A stretch of DNA of 40,649 nucleotides, taken from a virus. A program made the position numbers and the translations under genes. The DNA lies in IMG/VR virus record IMGVR_UViG_3300045988_031645, positions 1 through 40,649 of that record. One strand, written 5' to 3'. Below the pieces are notes generated by a model. The model was not told the origin of the DNA, made no database searches, and saw only the letters and a list, made by a program, of their open reading frames with translations. Shown piece by piece: positions 6,927-15,161 of this stretch (within the stretch, counting starts at the first letter, position 1; the number at the start of each line of letters is the position of its first letter).

Positions 6927-7360
6927 AACGATTATTAATATTGTGTGCTGCTATTTCTATCGCCACTTCTACCCCATCATATGCAGCCTACGAAGATCGT
7001 AAAGTAAATGATTACGTAGCGGAGAACGAGGCTATAGCTTATGACGACGGATACGATGACGGGTATGAGGATGGATACGAGGATGGCCATATTGAAGGGA
7101 TGAGTGAAGGCCGCAAAGCTGGATATGACGAGGGTTATGATGATGGACATTATGAAGGGATGAATGAAGGCCACGAAACCGGGTACGAAGAAGGCGAAAG
7201 CGAAGGATACGAAAGTGGATACCAAGAAGGCTATGAAGAAGGCGAATCGCATATGCGTTTCATACAAAAGCAGAACGATAACGCAACCAATAGACTTATA
7301 CTGTTCGGCGCTGTGGTTATCTTCATTATATATCTCTTTGAAAAGAAAAAGTCTGAATAA
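6923..7360 (+). CDS. Secreted/anchored acidic protein with 17 consecutive GxxxG (GY[DE][DE]) repeats (145 aa)
   Basis: N-terminal signal-like MKRLLILCAAISIATSTPSYA. The segment from DGYDDGYEDGYEDGHIEG to EGYEEGE has Gly at every 4th residue. C-terminal TM LILFGAVVIFIIYLF followed by KKK. Confidence 0.7.
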   Translation: MKRLLILCAAISIATSTPSYAAYEDRKVNDYVAENEAIAYDDGYDDGYEDGYEDGHIEGMSEGRKAGYDEGYDDGHYEGMNEGHETGYEEGESEGYESGYQEGYEEGESHMRFIQKQNDNATNRLILFGAVVIFIIYLFEKKKSE

Positions 7361-7369
7361 GGAGGAATT

Positions 7370-8845
7370 ATGGAACAACGCAGAGTAGCTTGCTACATCC
7401 GTGTGAGTACTCAGGAGCAGGCCGCACACGGATTTTCCGTAGGCGAGCAGGAAACGCGGCTGCGGAAGTACTGTGAGGCGCACGAGTGGACGATCGCCGG
7501 TGTGTATGAAGATCCTGGCTTCTCCGGTGCCTATCTGGATCGCCCAGGCATCCAGAAGCTGATCCGAGATGTCGATCTCGGCATCTTCGATACCGTGCTG
7601 GTGTGGAAGCTGGACCGCTTGTCCAGGTCGCAGAAGAACACCATGTATATGATCGAGGACGTGTTCCTGAAACACGACATCAACTTTATATCGATGAACG
7701 AGAACTTCGACACCAGCACGCCGTTTGGCCGTGCGATGGTCGGTATACTCTCCGTCTTCGCTCAGCTGGATCGAGATCAGATCACGCAGCGTATGACCAT
7801 GGGCCGGATTGGGCGCGCGAAGGCCGGTTACTACTCCGGTGGATCACAGCCGCCGATTGGCTATACCTACACCCGTGCGGATGGCAGCGAGAAGAAAACG
7901 CTGGAGGTGGATGAGTACGAAGCCATGCAGGTTCGCATGGTATTCGATCTCTTTCTGAACGGGCTCGACGGAAAGGACATGACCTTCACAGAGATTGCGA
8001 AGTACATGGCTGCACACTATACAAACCGGTACGGAGGATGGAAGCAGCGCTCTACGATCTCACGCATGCTGACAAACCCTGTTTATATCGGGAAGGTCAA
8101 GTTCTCAGGTGATTTCTATGACGGTATGCACGAACCGATCATTTCCGAAGATACATTTGATAAAGCCAAGGTGAAATACCAGCGCTACATTCAGAACTTC
8201 TCGCAGTCGATCCAGAACTTTAACGGCAGCTATCTTCTGACCGGACTCATACACTGCGGTGTATGCGGAGGCCGGTACTTCGTCACATCGGTGAAAAACA
8301 CCCACGCGACAGCGGCGATCAAGCCGTACTACCATTCATACACATGCTACGGTCGGAAGCCGGTAAAGAAGGGCATGGCGAAGAACGGCAAGTGTAGCAA
8401 TACGATCTACAAAATGGAAGTGCTGGACGATTATGTGCTGAAGGAAATCCAGAAGCTGAAGGAAACCTCGGAACTTATCGGAGATCTCCGTACCGGTCCG
8501 AAGGACGACAAGACAGCCGCCATCGATTCCAGGATCAGAGAACTTGATAAGCAGATGGGGAAGCTCGTCGATCTGTACCAGCTCGGCACCATCGCATTCG
8601 ACGAGATCAGAAGACGTACCGATGCTATACGAGCAGAGCGCGACAAGCTGAAAGGCGAACTTGAACATGAAAAAAGACCGGACGGTGTGATCTCGGAAAC
8701 TGAGTTCCGAGACCGCCTGGATGCATTCGACGCCGACATCTTCTCCGATCTCGACATCGGGCACAAGCAAGCTATCGTCCGATCTTTAATCAATAAAATT
8801 GTTATCTACCCGGATTCAATCGAAATCCGCTGGGCTTTCCACTAA
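7370..8845 (+). CDS. int: Large serine recombinase (integrase, 491 aa)
   Basis: N-terminal resolvase motif VACYIRVSTQEQ, a recombinase domain, the Cys cluster CGVCGGRYF...CYGRK...C, and a C-terminal coiled coil. Confidence 0.9.
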   Translation: MEQRRVACYIRVSTQEQAAHGFSVGEQETRLRKYCEAHEWTIAGVYEDPGFSGAYLDRPGIQKLIRDVDLGIFDTVLVWKLDRLSRSQKNTMYMIEDVFLKHDINFISMNENFDTSTPFGRAMVGILSVFAQLDRDQITQRMTMGRIGRAKAGYYSGGSQPPIGYTYTRADGSEKKTLEVDEYEAMQVRMVFDLFLNGLDGKDMTFTEIAKYMAAHYTNRYGGWKQRSTISRMLTNPVYIGKVKFSGDFYDGMHEPIISEDTFDKAKVKYQRYIQNFSQSIQNFNGSYLLTGLIHCGVCGGRYFVTSVKNTHATAAIKPYYHSYTCYGRKPVKKGMAKNGKCSNTIYKMEVLDDYVLKEIQKLKETSELIGDLRTGPKDDKTAAIDSRIRELDKQMGKLVDLYQLGTIAFDEIRRRTDAIRAERDKLKGELEHEKRPDGVISETEFRDRLDAFDADIFSDLDIGHKQAIVRSLINKIVIYPDSIEIRWAFH

Positions 8846-8877
8846 ATTAGTACATTCCGCCGCCCTGTGGCTGAGTT

Positions 8878-8921
8878 GGTAAACCTTGAGCCGGCTCCTT
8901 GATGTCCGCTCAAGGTTTACC
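8878..8921. promoter_or_regulatory. Perfect 14-bp inverted repeat with a 16-nt centre between convergent int and RT genes; candidate attP core and/or bidirectional terminator
   Basis: GGTAAACCTTGAGC (8878..8891), cggctccttgatgtcc, GCTCAAGGTTTACC (8908..8921). There is no U-tract on either side. Confidence 0.45.
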
Positions 8922-8971
8922 ATTCCGTAACTACATTTCAACGTATATGGTAGTGTGGCTTCCACTCCGAG

Positions 8972-10312
8972 TCAAGTACTATCTTTGCACTCTGTATACC
9001 GTTCTTTATACTCTGCAACCTTCTTCGCGTATCGTATCATTCTGTAACGTTTATTCTGGCGTCTCTTCCATTTTGTCGGAGGCGTGTATCCGCCTTGTTC
9101 GAAGAACAAAGCGTCGAAGTACATTATCATGTTGACAGTTAGATGGAAGCCTTTGCCTTTATTTTGACTGCATAACCACGAGTTAAATTCAATGTGTATC
9201 TCAGCATATGGCTTTTGGCCGTGAATCATCATTTCTTTCAGTTTGCGCAGTTTTCCGTGTTCTTTAGTTATCGACTTGCGGTTTTGCTTTCGGACCACTC
9301 TGCCAGTTCTGCAAACTGAAAACCTAACTTTTAGGAACTCGAATTGCTCACCAAACTTTATGATACGGCACTTTTTAGGATTCATCGTTATGCCGAGTGA
9401 CGCCGCTCTTTTGACAAATTCATTTTTGATGTGTTCAAGGCGATCTATGTTTTCACATATAATATACCCATCGTCATTATACCGTCCGAATCCGTGAATG
9501 CCAAGTTCGTCTTTTATCCAATGGTCAATAGCCTTGCTAGGATATGCTATTGCTGTTATCTGAGACACCTGGGAGCCAAGGCCAAGTCCTAACTGTTCAT
9601 CAGTTTCTAAGCTAAATGCGTCGATGCACTGGTTATACACGTCACATATAGTTTTTTCCTTGACGGCGTTAAAAACAAGATCTTTTACACTTTTATGCGG
9701 TATATTGTCAAAATAACTATGGAAGTCAAAAACGAAGATACCTCCAGACAACCCGAAGTGTTGGTAATGCCAACGGAGATCGCATGTTAGCCTATTAAGA
9801 GAAAAGTCGGTTCCTTTCCCTGGAAGACACGCTCCATTATTAAAGACCAAGGATGGCTTAATAATAGGTATTAGGCACTCGTTACAAAGTGCCGCCTGCA
9901 CGCACTTTTCTGAAATATGTACGCTTTTTATATGCCTGTGTTTTCCTCTTTCCACGATATCAAATTCGTGAAAGCCTTTTGGATGCCATTCCCGGTTTAG
10001 CAGATCACTCGACTCTTTTTCTGCATTCACAAACAGGTTGGCGCCAAATGACTGTGTGCTTGATTTCCATCTTGATTGCTTACTTGTCTTTTTGTATCCA
10101 GCCACGATGGAAGCTGTGCTGAAAACTATCTCCGGGTTCGCGTATTGGCTTCTAAGCAATTCTTTCCTTTTTTCTCTTTTTTTCAGCCTTCTAAAATATC
10201 TATCTATGTGTCGTTTATCTTTCATATACATGCAGTACGAGCTTATTGTAGGCATAGGTTCTACTCGCTTGCCTTTAGTCATGAAGTGCGAATTACTATG
10301 ACTTCGCGCCAT
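8972..10312 (-). CDS. DGR reverse transcriptase (up to 446 aa; start uncertain)
   Basis: RT motifs NGACLPGKGTD, FDNIPH, LGLGSQVSQ (the DGR-type GxxxSQ) and RYNDDGYII (YxDD). It lies directly downstream of the TR. Confidence 0.85.
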   Translation of the reverse strand: MARSHSNSHFMTKGKRVEPMPTISSYCMYMKDKRHIDRYFRRLKKREKRKELLRSQYANPEIVFSTASIVAGYKKTSKQSRWKSSTQSFGANLFVNAEKESSDLLNREWHPKGFHEFDIVERGKHRHIKSVHISEKCVQAALCNECLIPIIKPSLVFNNGACLPGKGTDFSLNRLTCDLRWHYQHFGLSGGIFVFDFHSYFDNIPHKSVKDLVFNAVKEKTICDVYNQCIDAFSLETDEQLGLGLGSQVSQITAIAYPSKAIDHWIKDELGIHGFGRYNDDGYIICENIDRLEHIKNEFVKRAASLGITMNPKKCRIIKFGEQFEFLKVRFSVCRTGRVVRKQNRKSITKEHGKLRKLKEMMIHGQKPYAEIHIEFNSWLCSQNKGKGFHLTVNMIMYFDALFFEQGGYTPPTKWKRRQNKRYRMIRYAKKVAEYKERYTECKDST

Positions 10313-10431
10313 GCATTAAGCGTTCGGCTATCGGCATCTGCTATGTGCATTTCCCCTTGCGGGTCGGACATTCACTCCTTCATGCAAAGCTTGATTTCGA
10401 AACTACTTTGGCTTAGTTTTGCTTGCCGAAT

Positions 10432-10553
10432 CCGAGGACGACGCCGTTACCACTGTTGGACGCGTTGTTGTTGTTCTCCGAGCCATTCGAGTTCACGTAC
10501 CTGAAGTTCGTGGAATTGTTGACGGAGCGCTCCCACCAGTTGCCCGACGAGCC
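10432..10553 (-). repeat. DGR template repeat (TR), 122 bp
   Basis: Aligns base for base with 11092..11213 at an offset of 660. There are 12 differences, and 11 of them fall at TR adenines on the sense strand. The TR codes an Asn (AAC)-rich string. Confidence 0.9.
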
Positions 10554-10566
10554 TATAGCAAATGCC

Positions 10567-11019
10567 CTATTTACTATTATACCTCTTTGCGTCCTTTTCG
10601 ATAACCCCACTTATTAAAGCCAGTTCCTGCCTCATTTCTTCAGCAAGGGCATTCAATTCGCTTTCTGTTATTCCGACCATATTCCCATTGCTTCCTTTAT
10701 GTCTCACAATATCCGGTTTCAATAAGAAGAAATTCATTTTTGATATCAACGCCTGTAATGACGCTCTTGCTTTTTGAAAATACAGTCTCCGCAGCTTGAC
10801 GTCGTCAATGTTTGGATTATTCAGGTTTGGTATTACGCTGTTTCCTTCTTTCACGAAATCGGCCACATCGCTTGCGAGATTTACGATTGGAACTAAAACG
10901 AGATATGTATATCGATTTGGCATCCGCAAACAGATATCCAGTACATTACTATAAATCCTTAACGCCTTATCAACCACCTCGAACCCGGACGTGCTTCGTT
11001 TACTTTTTGGAACTGACAT
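10567..11019 (-). CDS. avd: Avd-like accessory variability determinant (150 aa, helical)
   Basis: It sits between the target gene and the TR, as in the BPP-1 paradigm. The sequence is helical and basic (ALRIYSNVLDICLRMP.RY..L...IVNLASDVADFVKEGN). Confidence 0.6.
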   Translation of the reverse strand: MSVPKSKRSTSGFEVVDKALRIYSNVLDICLRMPNRYTYLVLVPIVNLASDVADFVKEGNSVIPNLNNPNIDDVKLRRLYFQKARASLQALISKMNFFLLKPDIVRHKGSNGNMVGITESELNALAEEMRQELALISGVIEKDAKRYNSK

Positions 11020-11035
11020 TCATTCCTCCTATTTG

Positions 11036-11058
11036 TCTGGCCGCAAAGCGCGGCCAGA
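11036..11058 (-). promoter_or_regulatory. GC-rich 9-bp hairpin downstream of the VR (candidate DGR target-recognition hairpin/cruciform)
   Basis: TCTGGCCGC-aaagc-GCGGCCAGA, 21 nt past the target-gene stop codon. No U-tract. Confidence 0.6.
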
Positions 11059-11078
11059 TCCCTATTGATAACTGATTA

Positions 11079-12854
11079 TTATAAGCAGAAGCCGAGGACG
11101 ACGCCGCCACCACTGTAGGACGCGCTGTCGCTGTACTCCGAGCCATTCGAGTACACGTACCTGAAGTTCGTGGAATGGTCGACGGAGCGCTCCCCCCAGA
11201 TGCCCGACGAGCCGCTTACGAGAAACGTTTTCACTCTGCTTGACATAGTGTATACGGGGCATAATGTTTCGCACCCAGAAGTTCCGAATATCTCCATATG
11301 TGACGGAACCCACAAAAGATCATTTGTCGGATCGTCCGTATAATACCTTGAGTTCTGTTTGTCATATGCATAAGAATATTTCGTCGCAGGCTTTACACCG
11401 TCCCGAAGTTCTGCCGGCAAAACAGACGCAAGATCTTTATTCATCCAGGAACGAAGCTCTGACTTTCTCCACCCTCCGTCGGTATCGTTAGTGGCACACA
11501 TTCTCTTATTTACGATAATGTTTTTAGATACCCATGTAGAGGTAGTCCCAGCTTCGCCTTCATATACTTTTTCCATAAACACAGGAGCGCATCCAGAGCC
11601 TTCTACAAACTCAAGGAGTTTGAATGAACCGACAGGATATTTTGCCCCACCATTCTTTACTATTTCTGCCCAACTATCCTTAATCTCGCCTTCTGAATTA
11701 AACTTTGTCTGCCACACGGGTTTACATACTAAATTCTGATGTACATTCACCGGCGATGGGCTCCACCCGCACTGCCAGTAGTACGGTTTCGTCAGAGGAG
11801 TACCTGTGTATACAGCGGAGGCTCCGTCTCGAACCATCTGTGACTCTAGCGACGCTCCGTCATCATCTGTGAAAGTTACGGTATGTAGTGCTAGCGCTCC
11901 ACCGTCTACATTCACAGTGACTACGTCGTATCCATCTGCCCCATCTTCAAACGCATAGTATGTTCCGTTTGCTGTAAATATCTTAGATTTTAGTGTAGCG
12001 TCTCCACCGCCATCTCCTCCTCCGGATGAACCGCCTCCACTTACATTTACACGCACCCTGTTATAGTACTTTCCGGCTCCAGGGTCATACGTGCCGTTTT
12101 CCGTAACATATAGTGGGCTTGCATCCACTGTCTGGTTCTCCCTGTCTTGCTCGGCCTTGACTCTAGCTTCCTCTGCCGCCACCCTGGACTTTTCAGCGTC
12201 CACACGTGCCGACTCTGCCTTTTTACGTTCATTTTCTGCTGATACGCGCACCATTTCTGCTTCTGCTCTTGCGGCTTCCGCTTTTTTTCTTGCAGCCTCA
12301 GCCTCGTTTCTTGCCGCTTCTGCGTGATCTCTTGAATCTTTAACGCTTTCTCTCGCCTGCTCGGCTGCCACGCGTGCATTTTCGGCTTCCACTCGGGCTT
12401 GCTCGGCTGCCACTCGTGCTTTCTCTGCTTCTGCTCTTTCGTTTTCAGAGGTCTTGATATTTTCAACTTCGGTAATCTGATTGATGTAACTCGCAGGTGT
12501 ATCAATAGAATCCTCGACGTAGAACGCACTTTTATATGACGTCCACTTCACTTCTCCGTCCATGTTGAGCGCACGTAGCTGTATCTGCACGCTTCCTGGA
12601 ACTTGTAGCATGGAATTAAACACTGTCAGCGTCAGATCTATCCATTTATCGCTTACATCTTTGACAAGCGATACGGAATCAGCCTTGCCGTTCGCATACT
12701 CCATATCAAGGTTGAACGTCAACTGTGAGAGATCTATTCCACCAGGAATTCGTTTTACGCGAAAGTGCCTCACTTCAGAATTTGCATCGTAGTTTGTCCC
12801 GATGTTAAACTCTTCTCTTGGAATTATTAGGTCTCGCCTTATCACCTCTATCAT
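11079..12854 (-). CDS. Tail fibre / receptor-binding protein, DGR target (591 aa)
   Basis: The N-terminal domain is paralogous to the upstream fibre gene. 14 tandem ARVxAEx heptads follow. The C-terminal domain ends in the VR and is inferred to have a C-type-lectin-like fold. Confidence 0.8.
   Translation of the reverse strand: MIEVIRRDLIIPREEFNIGTNYDANSEVRHFRVKRIPGGIDLSQLTFNLDMEYANGKADSVSLVKDVSDKWIDLTLTVFNSMLQVPGSVQIQLRALNMDGEVKWTSYKSAFYVEDSIDTPASYINQITEVENIKTSENERAEAEKARVAAEQARVEAENARVAAEQARESVKDSRDHAEAARNEAEAARKKAEAARAEAEMVRVSAENERKKAESARVDAEKSRVAAEEARVKAEQDRENQTVDASPLYVTENGTYDPGAGKYYNRVRVNVSGGGSSGGGDGGGDATLKSKIFTANGTYYAFEDGADGYDVVTVNVDGGALALHTVTFTDDDGASLESQMVRDGASAVYTGTPLTKPYYWQCGWSPSPVNVHQNLVCKPVWQTKFNSEGEIKDSWAEIVKNGGAKYPVGSFKLLEFVEGSGCAPVFMEKVYEGEAGTTSTWVSKNIIVNKRMCATNDTDGGWRKSELRSWMNKDLASVLPAELRDGVKPATKYSYAYDKQNSRYYTDDPTNDLLWVPSHMEIFGTSGCETLCPVYTMSSRVKTFLVSGSSGIWGERSVDHSTNFRYVYSNGSEYSDSASYSGGGVVLGFCL
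11092..11213 (-). repeat. DGR variable repeat (VR) at the 3' end of the fibre gene
   Basis: See the TR entry. The VR encodes ...GIWGERSVDHSTNFRYVYSNGSEYSDSASYSGGGVVLGF, against ...GNWWERSVNNSTNFRYVNSNGSENNNNASNSGNGVVLGF in the TR. Confidence 0.9.
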
Positions 12855-12855
12855 G

Positions 12856-13551
12856 TTAACCTCTTTCCTTTTCCGCTTCTACTCTTGCGGCTTCTGCTGC
12901 CACACGTTTATTTTCAGCATCCACCCGCGCCTGCTCAGCTGCCGCGCGATCCTTTTCTGCACTATCGCGTGCTTTCTCTGCATCCACTCTCGCCTGTTCT
13001 GCCTGAACGGACGAAGCCTCGGTGGAAACGCGTTCGGACTCAGCAGCTGAACGTAAGGCTTCCGCTTCTACCCTTGCCCGTTCCGCGGCGGCACGTGCCT
13101 GTTCCGCCTCCATGCGCGACTTCTCGGCGTCCGCGCGCGCTTTCTCCTTTTCGCGCCTCTCTGCCTCTTCCACTTGCGCAAGTTCGAGCCCTTTCAGCTT
13201 GTCTCTGAAATCTGCCGGTTTCTTTGTTTCGCCCTCTACAAACAGAATGCCTTTGTATGATTGCCATACACATACACCATCGATATGTGCCGTCATAAAT
13301 ACAAGTACGGAACCTGGTGTCTTTATCATTTCGTTGCTTTCGTAAACAAAGAACATGTCATTTGCTTGATCATTTCTTTTTATTTCCACGTTCACAACAT
13401 CGCCGCTAGCAGTTTCTAAATGCAGCATAAATACGGCATGGTGCAACACATCTTCGTCTATGCCAGAAATCGTAAACTCTAGCTTGTGTCCGTCCGATAT
13501 GATATAGTCGTCCGCTGGTACGCGCATAAATCGTCGTAAAACATTGATCAT
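12856..13551 (-). CDS. Fibre-like protein: N-terminal domain plus coiled coil only (231 aa)
   Basis: The N-terminus is similar in layout to that of 11079..12854. About 13 xxRxxAE heptads run to the stop codon. RBS AGGAGA. Confidence 0.7.
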   Translation of the reverse strand: MINVLRRFMRVPADDYIISDGHKLEFTISGIDEDVLHHAVFMLHLETASGDVVNVEIKRNDQANDMFFVYESNEMIKTPGSVLVFMTAHIDGVCVWQSYKGILFVEGETKKPADFRDKLKGLELAQVEEAERREKEKARADAEKSRMEAEQARAAAERARVEAEALRSAAESERVSTEASSVQAEQARVDAEKARDSAEKDRAAAEQARVDAENKRVAAEAARVEAEKERG

Positions 13552-13572
13552 GTTTTTCTCCTATTATAAAAA

Positions 13573-13590
13573 GGCTCCGTTCCCGGAGCC
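13573..13590 (-). terminator. Rho-independent terminator after the endolysin gene
   Basis: GGCUCCG-GGAA-CGGAGCC on the minus strand, followed by UUUUUAUAAU. Confidence 0.7.
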
Positions 13591-13608
13591 TTAAAATAAC
13601 TCTTTATG

Positions 13609-14403
13609 TCAGGTGAAATACCATATCGCCTGTGCGCCGGACTCATCAGTGCGATATAGCTGCCCTACGTTTGAACCGTTTGGCTGAAAATAATACCATT
13701 TTTTATCGACCTCAGCCCAGTCTGTAGCCATTTTCCCGTCGTCATAAAAGTAATATCTATGCTTAAACGTAGAATATTCTTCCTTTATATCCATCCAGCC
13801 GTGTGCATTTACTCCATCAGCAATCCGGTAATACCAGTTTCCACCGGAGCAAACCCACTTCGGGTACTGCAATGCGTTTTGGTCTCCGTAGTCTGGCCGA
13901 CCGTACCCTGCGATTCGTTCATACGATAAAGGATAGCTCTTGCAGAATACGCCACCACCATTCGGCACGACCCCATCAGCGCCGCTCGTATTCCCCTCAC
14001 AAGTATATACGCGGTCTCCGTCAACGCCCACGACAATGCCTGTATGGTAGATGCGTTCACTGTTTTTGAAATAGATGACGTCTCCGACCTTCGGGTTTCT
14101 ATTTTCCCACCGGCCGGATTTCTTAAAAAGTGATGCGCTTGTTGGCGTGTAGTAACTATTAGCGCCTCCGCATAGAAGCTCATTGGCGGTTTTTAACCCA
14201 TATGCATCAATAAATACCCAGGATACGAAGGCGTCGCACCACGGCTGTCCTTGCATCGCTGGGCATAGATCACGCCAGTATTTAGTGTAATTCGCCGCAC
14301 CAGCATTATCCGTCTTACTATTAAGCGATGCATTTGACGCTTTCTCGAGATACTTTTCCTCCGCTTTTGCAATGTTTACAAGTCTCAAAATGTTATAGCC
14401 CAT
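13609..14403 (-). CDS. Endolysin: CHAP-type amidase/peptidase plus cell-wall-binding repeats (264 aa)
   Basis: QPWCDAFVSW (catalytic Cys), IYHTGIVV and CEGN motifs. The C-terminus carries GW....WYY..DG-type repeats. Confidence 0.8.
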   Translation of the reverse strand: MGYNILRLVNIAKAEEKYLEKASNASLNSKTDNAGAANYTKYWRDLCPAMQGQPWCDAFVSWVFIDAYGLKTANELLCGGANSYYTPTSASLFKKSGRWENRNPKVGDVIYFKNSERIYHTGIVVGVDGDRVYTCEGNTSGADGVVPNGGGVFCKSYPLSYERIAGYGRPDYGDQNALQYPKWVCSGGNWYYRIADGVNAHGWMDIKEEYSTFKHRYYFYDDGKMATDWAEVDKKWYYFQPNGSNVGQLYRTDESGAQAIWYFT

Positions 14404-14412
14404 GGAGTCTCC

Positions 14413-14835
14413 TTACGGATTTTTTGGATTTGGCTGATTCTTTAATGCTTCAATCGCCTGCCTCATGACTTCCGGATACTCAACACCCATCAGTCCGATG
14501 TTCTCGAGAACTGACAGGATCTCATTTGCCGAGAAACCGATCACGAGCGCGTTTCGGATGTACTGGCTACCGATCGTGAGGTCCATATAATGTGCAATCA
14601 GGACCGTGAGAATAATCATTCCCTTACGAATCAGCCCCTTAAAGCCTGCTCGTGACTCAAGACTTCCGTCTTTACTCTTAGCTGATCTGTGCCAGACTGC
14701 GGCCACAAGCACGCCGCTGATATAGTCCACGCACATGGAAATGACCAAAAGCTGCATGTAATAATCCCATCCACCAAACGCGGAGACGATGACTCCGCCA
14801 ATGGCTCCGATAATTGTCATATACTTCGTGTTCAT
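14413..14835 (-). CDS. Holin (toxin-secretion/phage-lysis holin type, 140 aa)
   Basis: Several TM segments and the FSANEILSVLEN motif. It lies immediately upstream of the lysin. Confidence 0.8.
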   Translation of the reverse strand: MNTKYMTIIGAIGGVIVSAFGGWDYYMQLLVISMCVDYISGVLVAAVWHRSAKSKDGSLESRAGFKGLIRKGMIILTVLIAHYMDLTIGSQYIRNALVIGFSANEILSVLENIGLMGVEYPEVMRQAIEALKNQPNPKNP

Positions 14836-14852
14836 AGGCGCTACCTTCAGAT

Positions 14853-15161
14853 TTAAAACTCTGTCACCTGAGTTTTCTGCATTCTTGCATCAAGCTCACG
14901 TGCGTGAGAGTCCTGTGCGATCGACTGATCGATGATCTCCGCGACGATTCTCGGAATCCGAAGCGGCACACCGCGCGGCACAGAATACTTCACACCGTTC
15001 ACGGTTACGTTCAGAGGAAACTTATACTTCTCGCCATCCTTAAAGAGCGGCGCATGATCGACATAACCATCATCCTTTACGGCTGGCGCATTCCCCTCTG
15101 CGGTCACCTCTGTTACTGCCTCGCCCATGATGGGCTCGGATGCATTCTTCTTCACTGCCAT
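14853..15161 (-). CDS. Hypothetical structural-module protein (102 aa from MAVKKN...)
   Basis: ATG 15161 preceded by AAAGGAG. It follows the capsid gene. Confidence 0.6.
   Translation of the reverse strand: MAVKKNASEPIMGEAVTEVTAEGNAPAVKDDGYVDHAPLFKDGEKYKFPLNVTVNGVKYSVPRGVPLRIPRIVAEIIDQSIAQDSHARELDARMQKTQVTEF

Noticed and set aside
6977-7675. A 232-aa minus-strand ORF antisense to the GxxxG-repeat gene and the integrase start
   Set aside because: It mirrors the repetitive GA-rich coding strand. The sequence is low-complexity and hydrophobic junk with no RBS, and it overlaps two well-supported plus-strand genes.
10413-10610. A 65-aa minus-strand ORF covering the template repeat
   Set aside because: It is open only because the TR copies the 3' end of the fibre gene. 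It has no start context and begins inside the avd gene's 3' end. TRs are non-coding RNA templates.
12047-12529. A 160-aa alternate-frame minus-strand ORF (and plus-strand ORF 12091..12327) inside the fibre coiled-coil region
   Set aside because: These are artefacts of the GCN/GAR-rich heptad repeat DNA. The products are Lys/Arg/Gln low complexity with no RBS.
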